Below are positions 42,590 through 55,802 of a DNA stretch of 64,000 bases, piece after piece (position 1 is the first letter of the stretch; the number at the start of each line of letters is the position of its first letter). Location: assembly GCA_964016885.1 (NCBI GenBank), contig OZ024749.1, forward strand, positions 23,126,001 to 23,190,000, read 5' to 3'. The stretch comes from Eledone cirrhosa. Taxonomy: Eukaryota. The translations under genes were made by a program, and so were the position numbers. The notes under the pieces are model-generated. The model was not told the origin of the DNA and did no database searches. It saw only the letters and a program-made list of their open reading frames with translations.

Positions 42590-44450
42590 CACGTTCTTTT
42601 TATTTGCTACCACGGCATCAAAAAGTGGAACAAGTACAATGGGGGATTTTACATAAAAAGGGGTCCTCAATAAGGAGGAGGCAATAACAAGATATAAAAA
42701 TAAAATAAAATATAACAAAAATAAATTTAATAACAAAATCCTCAATAGGGAGTAGGCGCCTTGGGGGGTCGCACACACTCCCGAAAAATAGTGTGCAGCC
42801 CTTCTCCTCAGGAGCACAGAGAGAGGGTGCTCCCTTGATCTTTCATCTTCCTCACCTATAGTCTGATGTAGAGTGAAGTCCCATTCACACGGGCCATTCT
42901 CGCCACTTTCACCCATCTTTCATAAAAACAACTGGGGTGCAGCACCTCTCTCTCCATCCTGATCCTTCTTCCGAAATGATATCGGAAGAAACGGACCAGT
43001 TGTTGGCCAGAGAGAAAGGTGTCTGACCTCACTCCTTTCAGACGCGTCCACCATACAACCTCTTTCGCCATGGCTATTATGCACAGAAACACCGCCTCTC
43101 CTTCGTTTTTGAAGAGGGGAGGCGGCTTGATCGTTACAATAGACTCGGTGGTCAACCGGATCGGTCCCACCCTTGACAGCAGTTGTTCGACATAGCCCGA
43201 TAGATCGGCAATGCCCGAGCAGTGTACCAATGCGTGTGCAACGATTTCCTCGCCGCACACGCATCTGGGAAATATCTTTTTCGAGGGTCCCTACCCGGGC
43301 GCTCGTGTCTGTAGAGCCTTTCTCGAACGGGCAGAGACCCTCAGTAGCACTGCGAGGCCAGGGACCTCTGGAAGTTATCCATGGGTCCCGGGCTGAATGT
43401 CCTACCGAACAGGTTGGCCAGTTCGTCTTCCTCATGCCTAGGGCTTCTCCGAGGGCGTCGTCGCACCTGCTAACCACCAGCCCTCTATAGAATGACGAGG
43501 TGGATTCTCCACTGACAGCCGGGTCCGCCTGCCAGAGAGCCGTGAGCGCCTGGGCTTACTTGGTGTGCCAGGCGCCCAGTTTTCTCGGTCTTTGCTTGAC
43601 CCAGGATTGCAGCTCGGTGAGCGAGACGAGTCTGTGAAAGGCTCGCCTCACAAACGGGGCCCACACCGGTTGACTGGTGAGGAATACCTGGATCTGCCGT
43701 AGCCTTAATGCGTGTTTACGTATCATTAGCCAAGGTATCCCCATCCATCCTTTCGAAGGGTGTTGACAGCAGATGGATCTCCTCACCATAGGAGCCCGCT
43801 TCTTCGAAAGGAATTGGAAGAGTGCGCGCTCCACTTTGGCGAGCGTTTCCCTTGGGCAAGGCACGACGGTCATGCGGTAGTAGATGACGGACGCTATATA
43901 AGTGTTCGCCCGTTCGGCCCGACCTTATGGGTCAGTGCAAACACGCTGTTCGTTACCTCACCCCAGTACTTCTCCACCTCGAGGTCTGGTCCGAAACAGA
44001 CCCCGAGCAACTTCACCGGGTCCTCCGTCCAGCGCCCGACGACGCCATCGGAGGGCATCGATCTGCCCCTCCACATGCCGAGTTGCAGACCGATCGACTT
44101 GTTCCGGTTTAGCTTAGCCCTGTAAACATTTCGTACTCCTCCTGTAAGGTACCGATCGCCCCGATTTCCGAGGCCCTCGACACCATTACTGTTACGTCAT
44201 CGGCGTAGGCTGACACCGCTTTCCGCAATCCCGGTTCCAAAGGGATGCTCTGCAACAACTCCAACTTCCGCAGCAGTGGCTCTAGAGTCATTACATACAG
44301 AAGTGAGGAGAGAGGGCACCCTTGTCGGATGGACCGCGCGATATCGAACGGCTCCGAGATATAGCCGTTCACCTTGACCCTAGAGCAGATGCGGCTGCTG
44401 TGTATGGCATTGATCCAGCCACTGAAAACGGGTCCGAGGCCTGCAGCCGC
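42590..44450 (-). mobile_element. Tx1/L1-like LINE, 5'-truncated, frameshifted ORF2
   Basis: SIRQGCPLSSLLY...LEPLL, SAYADDVTV, VKLLGV, C-terminal CG.E...HALVHC; GC-rich island. The 3' tail is repeated at 44478-44610. Confidence 0.9.
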
Positions 44451-44612
44451 TACATTGATCCAAGAGGTAGATAGATAGATATGTTTCTTTTATTTGCCAC
44501 CAGGGCATCAAAAGTGGGACAAGTACAATGGGGGGAGTTTACAAAACAAGGCGTCCTCAATAGGGAGGAGGCAATAACAATATATAAAAATAAAATAAAA
44601 TATAACAAAAAC

Positions 44613-44781
44613 ACATCTTAACACCTTAACTTAAACTACCCACCACTACACCTATCACATCTTAACACCTTAACTTAAACTACCCACCACTACATCTATC
44701 ACATCTTAACACCTTAACTTAAACTACCCACCACTACATCTATCACATCTTAACACCTTAACTTAAACTACCCACCACTAC
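44613..44781. repeat. 44-bp minisatellite, ~3.8 copies
   Basis: acatcttaacaccttaacttaaactacccaccactacatctatc at 44613, 44657, 44701 and 44745. Confidence 0.95.
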
Positions 44782-45016
44782 AGATAGATAGATAGAAAGT
44801 TAGATAGCAATATTTGACAATATATATATATATATAGTGAGAAACTACAGTGCTGAGATAGAAGAGACCACAAAACATGGGAGTATTCAAAGCATGTTGA
44901 GTTAGTATAGATAATCTCGACGGCGCTGCCAAGTGTTTTCGGCTTTCAGTCACATGACCAGAAACCGCCTGGAGCCGCGGGCGGGTTTATAGCTAATTCT
45001 CTCTTTCTCTTTCTCT

Positions 45017-45810
<794 letters not shown>

Positions 45811-45811
<1 letters not shown>

Positions 45812-46156
45812 CAAAATAAGCTGCTGCGGTTACATACATCGTTTAATCATTATGATTATTTCCACGGTTCTCCATGCATTCGAGAAGTCCTTCATTTGTT
45901 TTTTTTTGTTGATACCATTTTGTCTAGGAAACGCGACCTCTGGGAGACCCTTAAGGAACTCATATGTCTGCTGGGCACACAAGCAATAGGACGTGTGTTT
46001 TTCCCTGTCGGCGGCATATCAACCATATCGGATATCATTTGAGGATACCGTTCTCATACAACAACAAATGCATGAAGGACTTCTCGCTTGCATGGAGAAC
46101 CGTGGAAATAATCATAATGATTAAACGATGTATGTAACCTCAGCATCTTATTTTGT
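45811..46156. repeat. TA-adjacent insert with ~85-bp inverted arms
   Basis: 45811-45895 is inverted relative to 46072-46156. Confidence 0.8.
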
Positions 46157-46250
46157 TACTTTTATAAAAAATCTCCATCGTAACTTAAAACTACGATTGT
46201 TGAGAGCTTTCCCCTGCTTACTCCTGTTTTTACCAAAACAATCTCTTCCG

Positions 46251-46422
<172 letters not shown>

Positions 46423-47214
46423 AGAGGTAAAATGATGATTAAGTGATATGATAGGGTTTTATTACAAGCATTAACATGTTTCATCGCCTAATAATCCATT
46501 AATTCATGTCTTGAAACCGCTATCATCATTAAGTGATTGGCTATTGTGAAATTCGATTTAAAATACACAAAACTATACAGTCACTATGTAAATTATCAAT
46601 ATAGTGAAACCTAACTAAGTAAACATCTTGCTGAGTCAACTAGGACAGTTCGCTGAAATATTCCTCGGGACAGATTACTCGTATCCTGAGCTTAGGTAAA
46701 CTTAAACGATATCTCGTAATAGAGAGATAGAAACAGAGATAGAGAGAGAGAGACAGAGAAATGTGACTTGAGCCTAAAACTGAACTGCTTCTATATTTGT
46801 CGATCGCGAAATCATGAAAGACAAAGTTGTCCCCAGTGACATTTGAACTTAGAACGTAGAGAGATAGAATGAATATATTCAAACAATTCACCACCATATT
46901 CAAACGCAAAATTATTCAGCTATCGGACAATTTGTTGATCAAGCAACTGAATGTTCATCGTTATGACTGACGGAAGATCCATTGTGAAAAGGTATTTTTA
47001 TTTATTCGACAATTTCCTTAGAAGCAGTTCATTATTTTGCTGTGCATTCCTGTCAGGATTATAACTAAAATTATCGACACGCCTTGTTAATTCTCTCCAC
47101 TTAACTTGTTTGTTTATTCCCCATCGTACATTTCATATAGATGTGTCCATAATTCACTTTTAAAAAAATACTTATTTATTTGTATACACACACAGAAAAC
47201 ACACACACACATAA

Positions 47215-47278
<64 letters not shown>

Positions 47279-47535
47279 ATGTGTGTGTGTGTTTATATAT
47301 GTGCATGTATGTGTGTATATGTATATATATATATATGTATATATATAGAGAGAGATATATATGTTTGTTTATATATGTGTATGTATATATTTATATGTTT
47401 ATATATGTGCATGTATGTGTGTATATGTATATATATATATATGTGTGTTTATATATGTATATCTATATATATGTATATATATATATATATTTATTTATAT
47501 ATATATATATATATTTATGTTTATATATGTGCATG

Positions 47536-47593
<58 letters not shown>

Positions 47594-47611
47594 GGTTTAT
47601 ATATATGCATG

Positions 47612-47677
<66 letters not shown>

Positions 47678-47943
47678 AAGAGCAGAGAAATACACACACA
47701 TATTTACGTATATATAAATTGTTTTCTTCTTTTCAGATTCATTAATTAATCATTAAAAAAAAAAATTCATATATTATATTGTTAAATACAATAATATAAA
47801 TACAATAATATATTATAAATAGTTTTATTTTTTGTTGATGTTAAGCATCCCCCCTTCCTCCCATACCAAGTTCGGCGGCTGATATTAAGCCATTTTATGA
47901 TTAATATACATCTAGTCATGTCTATAAAACATTACTTTCTCAA

Positions 47944-48335
47944 GGGCGGTGAATTTGTTGTATCGGTAGAGGGTCGGACGCCATGCTTTCTAGCATAGAG
48001 TTACGCCCATTTATGGTCTGAGTTGAAATGCCGCCGAGGTTAACTTTGCTTTTCATCCTTACGAGGTCGGTAAAATAAAGTACCAGTAATACACTGGATA
48101 ATTGCTGGCCTTGTGCCAAAAGTAGAAAAACATTATTTTCTCGCGTGGATTGGCAGTATCGGTAGTGGGTCGGACGTAACTATGCTTTCCAGCATAGTTA
48201 CGTCCGTTTACGATCTGAGTTCAAATCCCGTCGAGGTTAACTTTGCCTTTCATCCTTATGGGGTCAATAAAATAGAGTACCAGTAATGTACTGTGTATTT
48301 GCTGGCCTTGTGCCAAATGTAGAAACAATTATTAT
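47944..48335 (+). mobile_element. Two tandem family-1 SINEs
   Basis: Copies at ~47944-48135 and ~48146-48335. Confidence 0.88.
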
Positions 48336-48589
48336 TTCACATCATAGATGTCCATGACTACAGTATTCGATGTTTCTTCATCTTTTTACCGTTGTGAGGA
48401 TTTCTTTGGGGGTTTTTCGGTTTCTATGTCTATCAGATCAAGCTACGTCAGAGAGGTTTTATCAGTTTTGTAGCGCTTCTAGATGGCCTAGTAGTACCCT
48501 GAGAATTATGGGTTACGGTCACCTTCGAAATGCATAGTTGTGTATTTTTATCCCTCTCACTCATGCTGGAACACACACGTAATAGAGTA

Positions 48590-48634
<45 letters not shown>

Positions 48635-48694
48635 CACAAACACACACACAAACACACACGCACCCACACATAAATATTATATATATATATTTAT

Positions 48695-48768
<74 letters not shown>

Positions 48769-48865
48769 GAGGTTGGTAATGGCACATGGAATATATAAGA
48801 GACAGAATACTTTTTTGTGAAAAAACATTTAATTTTATAAGGTAAGGAAATAATAAAGGGTATAA

Positions 48866-48913
48866 AAAATGACCGGTTTCGATGGGTCTGCAAAAGCCAT
48901 CTTTTCAAATGTT
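48866..48913 (-). ncRNA. HHR-like motif with U3-A8 core (identical copy at 53693-53740)
   Basis: aacat-TTGAAAA-gatgg...ccatc-GAAA-ccgg-TC-atttt; stem I is weak. Confidence 0.6.
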
Positions 48914-49281
48914 GATTAATATTAAGAAAAATTAATAATACGAAGAGTTAAAATTTGAGATTTGAAAATTCAAGTATAAAATTCATTGTGGGATTTCATA
49001 GTAGTTTTCATCTAGGTAGCAACAACTAGTTGACTGCTGTGTCCCTTTCTGGTAGTGAATGAGAAGTTATTTGGGGTGTGGGTTATTTTATAAAGGTCAG
49101 ATTTAGCAATGGCCAACTGGCCAGCTGCTGGTCAGTGACGGGGTGGAAGCAATATACATACATATATCTTCCTGTGGTGGGTAGGAGAGTGGAGCGTAAT
49201 AGAAAGGGATTTAGTGCACTTACACCTATATATACACACATACCTTCAAGCACACATACATACACATACATATACATCCAC

Positions 49282-49326
<45 letters not shown>

Positions 49327-50012
49327 CACACATACATACACACACACATACATATACATACACACACACACACACACACATATATACACATACACACACA
49401 TATATATATATATATACACACACACCCACACATACATACACACACACACATATATATACATATATATACACACATACAAACATACACACACACACACATA
49501 TATATACACATACACACACATATATATATACACACACACACACATATATATATATATACACATACGCATACATCCAGATACACACATACATACACACACA
49601 CACACACGCACACACAATACATATATCCACATGCACACACATACATACACACACACATATACACATACATACACCCACACACAGAGAAATGGCCTCCAAA
49701 TATATATATATATACATACATGCACATATATTTTTTCCATAATATAAGAAGTTGGGACAGTGAAATTAAAATACAAGTCATTCTGATCACATTGAGTTCT
49801 TCATGTAGATTGGGCACGCAACCGACAGTGGTGAATTCTGTGTGCGCATATATATATAGATATATGTGTGTGCACGTGCAGGGTTTAACATGGTTGTGTT
49901 GGTCACACAAAGGCATGGTCTGTCAACGAATAAACCTGATTCTACAGAATTGGTATCTGGTCTTTAATAGTAGTGATTCCGTGCGTATGTGTGTTTATAT
50001 TTTATGACAATT

Positions 50013-52324
50013 CTATTGGGGTGATAACCCGTTTAGTTTTGGTTTAAATTTGTTAAGGAATAGATTTTCTTTGTTTATTCTTTGTTGCTGTGTGAACGAA
50101 TCTGAGCACTTGTAGAAGGGGAAGATTTTAAAGTTGGGTAGTGTCATTCTTGCGCAGTTCGCAATATGGCTGCTCAAGGAGATTTTTCTTGTGTTAGCGT
50201 CCCGGATTTGTTGGCGGTGGATGGTCATTATTTTGCGTAACGAGCTGCCCGTCTCTCCTATGTAGTTGTGTTTGCACCCACCGCAAGTTATTGCGTAAAT
50301 CAAGTTCTCCGAGTTGCAGGTGAAATTGTTTTTTACTGTAAATGTTTGGCCATCTTTGAATGTAAATGTTTGTCCTTCAGTGAGGTAGAGGCACGTTCCA
50401 CAGTTTGTTCTACCACATTTGGTAACTGTAGGGTTGAGGATTGGTTTGGGTATATTTGGTGCAGTGAGAATGCGTTTAAGTGATTTGGGTTGTCTTTTAC
50501 TTTTAAGGATCTTGTGTGTTTCAAGAATAGACTTCATTTTTACATCTTTAAGTAGGATGGGGAGGTTTTTGTGTAGGTGATCAAACATTTCGGTATTTCT
50601 GGGGTTGAAAGTGGATACATATGGCAGGGTGTTGAGTGTGGTTTTCTGTTTTGGATTATTAAGTTGATGGGGATTTAGGTGTTTTGCCCTGTCTATTCCA
50701 TTGTTGATTATTTCAAGTGGAAAGGCTCTTAAGATAAGGGTGTCTTTTAGTTCCTTTAGTCTTTGCTCCCGTTTAGGTGGATCTGATACTATGGTACATA
50801 TACGTTTGGCCAAATTGTAAGGAATGTTAAGTTTTGTATGTTTTGGGTGACTTGATGTGAAAAAGAGGTATTGCTTGGAATCTGTGGGTTTATAGAATAT
50901 ATCTGTATCTAATTTCCCGTCTATTACAGAGATGGGAATATCCAAGAAGGCTAATTCCTTAGGATTGGATTCCATTGTGAATTGTATGTTGAAATCTATG
51001 TTGTTTATCATGTTTTTAAACGTAGTAAGTGAGTTCATGTCTTCTTGCCATAGGATAAAGCAGTCGTCTCGATATCTTTTCCAATTGGCTTTGAGGTGTG
51101 TGTGGAAAGAGTCTCCAAATAAGAGAAGGGATTGACTGTATATTTGTTGTTCATGGAATCCCATGACTAGGTTGGCATATGTGGGTGCTACTTTCGTGCC
51201 CATTGCCGTACCTGATACTTGTCTGTATGTTGAACCATTGAATGTGAAGTAGTTATTTTGTAGGATAAAGCGGAGTCCGTCAGTGATAACATCTGTGTTG
51301 ATGCGTGACGGTATTTCTGATGGGTGTGTGTTAAGCCAGTATTGGACTGCTGTTATTCCATAGTTGTGGGGTATGTTTGTGTAGAGGTTTATTACGTCAA
51401 AGGAGACAAGAATTGTATTTGCACTTACTGTTTTAGGGAGGTGTTTCAGCATGTCAAGGTCATCTCGTATGTAGCTCTGTATATGTTGTAGAAAGGGTTT
51501 CAGTAGGATGTCCAGAAAGTTGCTAAGTCTGTGGGTTTCACATGTAGGGCCTGCTATAATTGGCCTGAGTTTAGGTCTTCTGGTGGTGTTAGTTCAATGT
51601 AATTGTTGGTTGAGGTGTCACATGCATCGTTTATGGGTTTACATTTGTGGAGTTTCGGTAAGCCGTAAACAGAGCTTGTATTGCATTTGAAGTGGCTTAT
51701 ATAGTTAAACTCTTTTGTGGTTAAGCTGTTGCGGTATTTATTCAGTAAGGTCAAAAGGTTCCCCATTGTTTTGGTGTGTTTGTAGTTTTCTGTTTTTTCA
51801 TAGTATGTGTTGTTTTCTAAAATGTTAAGTGCGAGGGTCCTATAGTAGTCCGTATTCATAATGACAACAGTACTGCCTTTATCGGCTTCTTTGATAGTTA
51901 TCTCAGGGTTGTTTCTAAGTGTGAATAATTCTTCCCATTCGTGTGTAGATAGGTTTGATTTCGTGTGTTTATTTGTAATTTTTTCATAGGGAAAGTTGGC
52001 GATGTGTTCGCAGTACGTGTCCAGTGCTTTATTTCTTCCCTTTTGTGGGCAGAAATTGCTTTTATTTCTAACCAGTGATTCGTCTTCAGTGTTGGTGTCG
52101 TTGTGGAAGAATTCCGTTAGTCGCAGCTTTCGGCAGTATTCCATGATGTCATCCTTCATTTCGGGGAAGTTTGGTTTACGTCGTGTAGGTGTAAATTTCA
52201 GGCCCTTACTTAAAATGTTGATTTGTGTGTTGGTTAGAGGTGTCTTTGAGAGGTTGATTATTTTTGGTTTCTCCTGAGGGGGGGCCATCGAGTATCCTGG
52301 TATTTCAGGCTTTTCCCTAAAAAA
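50013..52324 (-). pseudogene. PLE3 ORF2: RT + GIY-YIG (one -1 break near 51570)
   Basis: IINLS...LSKGLKFTPT, IKEADKG, YGLPKLHK, LRPIIAG, SFDVINLYTNIP, GTAMG, YRDD, FLD, YKPTD, linker KCGRTNCGTC, NLIY...YIGET...R...H. Confidence 0.92.
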
Positions 52325-53521
52325 GGAATGTATTTTTGTGTGTGATTATATTTTGTTGGTCTGTTGCGTGTGGGTCTGTAGCTTGTTGTTTCATGAGGGT
52401 GAATGTGATGGTGGGGGTGGTATGTGTTGTGGTTGTTGATGAGCAAGGGTTCTGTTGTTGGTTCATGTGGTCTGGGTGCGTTATTTCTGTGGCACAGAGT
52501 GTTGAGGTTGGGGGTTGTCTTTTGTTGGATTGAGGGTGATGTCTGGTGTGGTTGTGGGAAAGTTCTGTTGTGATTTCAAGTGGTCTGGGTGGATTTCTTC
52601 TGGGGAGTGTGGTGTGTGTGTTGTGAGTTGCATCTATGTTATTTCGTCGTTGGTTTATGTAGGGGGCATTTCTACGGAAACCTGTGTTGTGTTGGTTGGG
52701 TGTGTTTCTTTTGGTGTAGTTGGCCGTATTTGGTTTGTGTTGGTGGGGGATGTGCCTGTGGTTAGTGTGTGTTGGGTTTGGTGGTGTAAATGTGTCTGTT
52801 GTAGTTCTTGTTATGTTCAAATGCTTTATAAAGGGGTTACCTGTTTGGTGCGTCCTTTTAAAGTCTTCTTCATATTTGAGGAACCAGTTTTCGGATTTTT
52901 CCCACCGTTTAAGGGAAATAATTTCTGCATTCTCGCAGTCCTGTTTCCACGATTTGATTACATTTTGTAGGGTTGTTCCCTCGGCCTTTTTAGTGCATTC
53001 TTCCTCCATATTTTTATCAGTATCCGTATACTCTTGCTCGTTTGAGGTGGCCCTTAATTTTAGGAGTTCTATTTCCAAGTTTATCCTGTTGAGTGACATT
53101 TGTTCACGGAGTTTTCTTTCTGGTTCACGTTCGTTTGTAATATGCTTTATTTGGAATTTACGTGGTAAAACTATCGGTGTTGAGTTAATCCATTTTTGGT
53201 AAATTCCAGCTTTGTTGAGGTTTTTATCATATTCCAGAAAGTGAATTTTCTGGTTTTTAGATGTTTTTTCCAGAGGTGTCCCATTTGGTTTTTGATATGG
53301 AGCAATGTCGTTTGTTCTGTGTTGGTATTCATAAGTTTTTCGATGGAGTTGCATACGTTCTGAACGTTTAAATAAATTTGGTTGCCAGTCGGTGTGGTGG
53401 TTTGGGGTATATCCTGTTTTTTTGTCAGAATGGTGAGTTTTCCATTTATCTCTTTTAGGATTTTCAGGATTTCCTCATTTATATTGGAGTTTGAAGTTGT
53501 GTTGTCTTGTTCCAGTGCCAT
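52258..53521 (-). pseudogene. PLE3 ORF1: coiled-coil-like N-half, basic His/Asn/Thr-rich repeats (two -1 breaks)
   Basis: ATG at 53521 just downstream of the 5' pLTR. Pieces in three frames can be joined at A-runs (~53222 and ~52522). Ends KYIPFLGKSLKYQDTRWPPLRRNQK*. Confidence 0.7.
52273..52324 (-). promoter_or_regulatory. Candidate -1 programmed ribosomal frameshift signal
   Basis: U UUU UUA in phase with ORF1, spacer GGGAAAAG, then stem CCUGA...UCAGG (alternative CCUG/CAGG). The -1 frame reads REKPEIPGYSMAPPQEKPKIINLS into the RT. Confidence 0.55.
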
Positions 53522-54851
53522 TTTCCGGATTTGCGTAGGTTAGTATATATGAAAAGTGTAATTTTCTACACAAAACGAAGGTTATAGAGAAAATTGAGGT
53601 TGGTAATGGCACATGGAATATATAAGAGACAGAATACTTTTTTGTGAAAAAACATATAATTTTATAAGGTAAGGAAATAATAAAGAGTATAAAAAATGAC
53701 CGGTTTCGATGGGTCTGCAAAAGCCATCTTTTCAAATGTTGATTAATATTAAGAAAAATTAATAATACGAAGAGTTAAAATTTGAGATTTGAAAATTCAA
53801 GTATAAAATTCATTGTGGGATTTCATCTAGGTAGCAATTTCACCTGCAACTCGGAGAACTTGATTTACGCAATAACTTGCGGTGGGTGCAAACACAACTA
53901 CATAGGACAGACGCGCACCTCATTACGCAAAATAATGACCATCCACCGCCAACAAATCCGGGACGCTAACACAAGAAAAATCCCCTTGAGCAGCCATATT
54001 GCGAACTGCGCAGGAATGACACTACCCAACTTTAAAATCTTCCCCTTCTACAAGTGCTCAGATTCGTTCACACAGCAACAAAGAATAAACAAAGAAAATC
54101 TATTCCTTAACAAATTTAAACCAAAACTAAACGGGTTATCACCCCAATAGAATTGTCATAAAATATAAACACACATACGCACGGAATCACTACTATTAAA
54201 GACCAGAGACCAATTCTGTAGAATCAGGTTTATTCGTTGACAGACCATGCCTTTGTGTGACCAACACAACCATGTTAAACCCTGCACGTGCACACACATA
54301 TATCTATATATATATATGCGCACACAGAATTCACCACTGTCGGTTGCGAGGCCCAATCTACATGAAGAACTCAATGTGATCAGAATGACTTGTATTTTAA
54401 TTTCACTGTCCCAACTTCTTATATTATGGAAAAAATATATGTGCATGTATGTATATATATATATATTTGGAGGCCATTTCTCTGTGTGTGGGTGTATGTA
54501 TGTGTATATGTGTGTGTGTATGTATGTGTGTGCATGTGGATGTATGTATTGTGTGTGCGTGTGTGTGTGTGTATGTATGTGTGTATCTGGATGTATATAT
54601 ATATATATATATGTGTGTGTGTCTATATATATGTGTGTGTGTATGTGTATATATATATGTGTGTATGTGTGTATGTTTGTATGTGTGTATATATATGTAT
54701 ACATATGTGTGTGTGTGTATGTATGTGTGGGTGTGTGTGTATATATATATATGTTTTTTCACAAAAAAATATTCTGTCTCTTATATATTCCATGTGCCAT
54801 TACCAACCTCAATTTTCTCTATAACCTTCGTTTTGTGTAGAAAATTACACT

Positions 54852-54925
<74 letters not shown>

Positions 54926-54929
<4 letters not shown>

Positions 54930-55490
54930 TGGCTGCCAACTCGTTTTCGAGTATGGCCACTACTTTATATCCATGTAGGAGAATCCCTACCGATGCACTG
55001 AACGAGTGTGACTCTTTAGCCAGCCAACGACTTGAAAACTCTTCTACAAACACTACACCTGTGACAATTATTGACACATGGTGCTGGGCCCATGGTACCA
55101 TGTGACGACAAGTGCAGAGATAAAGCAATGCCTGTGCAGTGAAGCTTTTATAGTGAGCAATGCCACTGCACAAAGCCAGTCCCACTCTCTTAACCAAGAT
55201 GATATTTACCAAAAAGAAGAACAAGTCAACATCATTGGATACCATCAGGGTTGCAGGTGTTATATCAGAGTTTTCCTTCTCCTAGAATTCTGCCTTGACA
55301 AAGGCTAAGGGTTCATCTCTCCCGGTGATTTTGGATGGCCATTGACTCATAAGAGCTTCTTTGCCCTTTGACAGGTTTTGTTTTTAGTCCTGCAGGATGT
55401 CCAGAGTCACCCTCCTCACCAAGAAACCTTGGTGGGGTTGCAAGAGAAGTCGCCAACGACCCGACCATGAGACGGGTTGTACTGGGATAC
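54926..55490 (-). mobile_element. Second copy of the RTE-like ~570-bp repeat
   Basis: Same left boundary (TA)n-tggtggctgcc as the 38318 copy. Confidence 0.55.
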
Positions 55491-55504
55491 ATTTATATAT
55501 ATAC

Positions 55505-55537
<33 letters not shown>

Positions 55538-55802
55538 CATACATTCACACATAAATATTTATATATATTTAAATTATATGTAAATATATATATAAAAATA
55601 TATCTTGTGCACTGGCCCTCCCACTATAAACCTTTCCCGCACAGGTTTCTTCTTTAGCGTGCACTCCCAAAGCCCTGCGACGATGATCGGCCTCAAAAGC
55701 CACCTTCGTGCTCACTGTAGACGGGAACTAAAATAAATAAGATGTCATCATCGTTCACGATGGACAACCAAGCAGATGATATATACGTAATAACAATAAT
55801 AA

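Larger units (their letters stand above)
48763..54858 (-). mobile_element. Near-complete Neptune-type PLE3 with direct pLTRs and an inverted 3' copy
   Basis: pLTR 48763-49022 is directly repeated at ~53590-53837. 53835-54750 is an inverted copy of the EN end and 3' UTR, followed by the pLTR end at 54753-54858. (TA)n at both ends. Confidence 0.93.

Noticed and set aside
51554-51580. Other frame breaks in PLE3 (~51570, ~52522, ~53222) as programmed frameshifts
   Set aside because: None has an in-phase X XXY YYZ heptamer. Each is fixed by adding one A to an A-run, so mutation or assembly error is more likely.
52336-53202. Plus-strand ORFs overlapping PLE3
   Set aside because: Antisense shadows of A/C-rich coding sequence.
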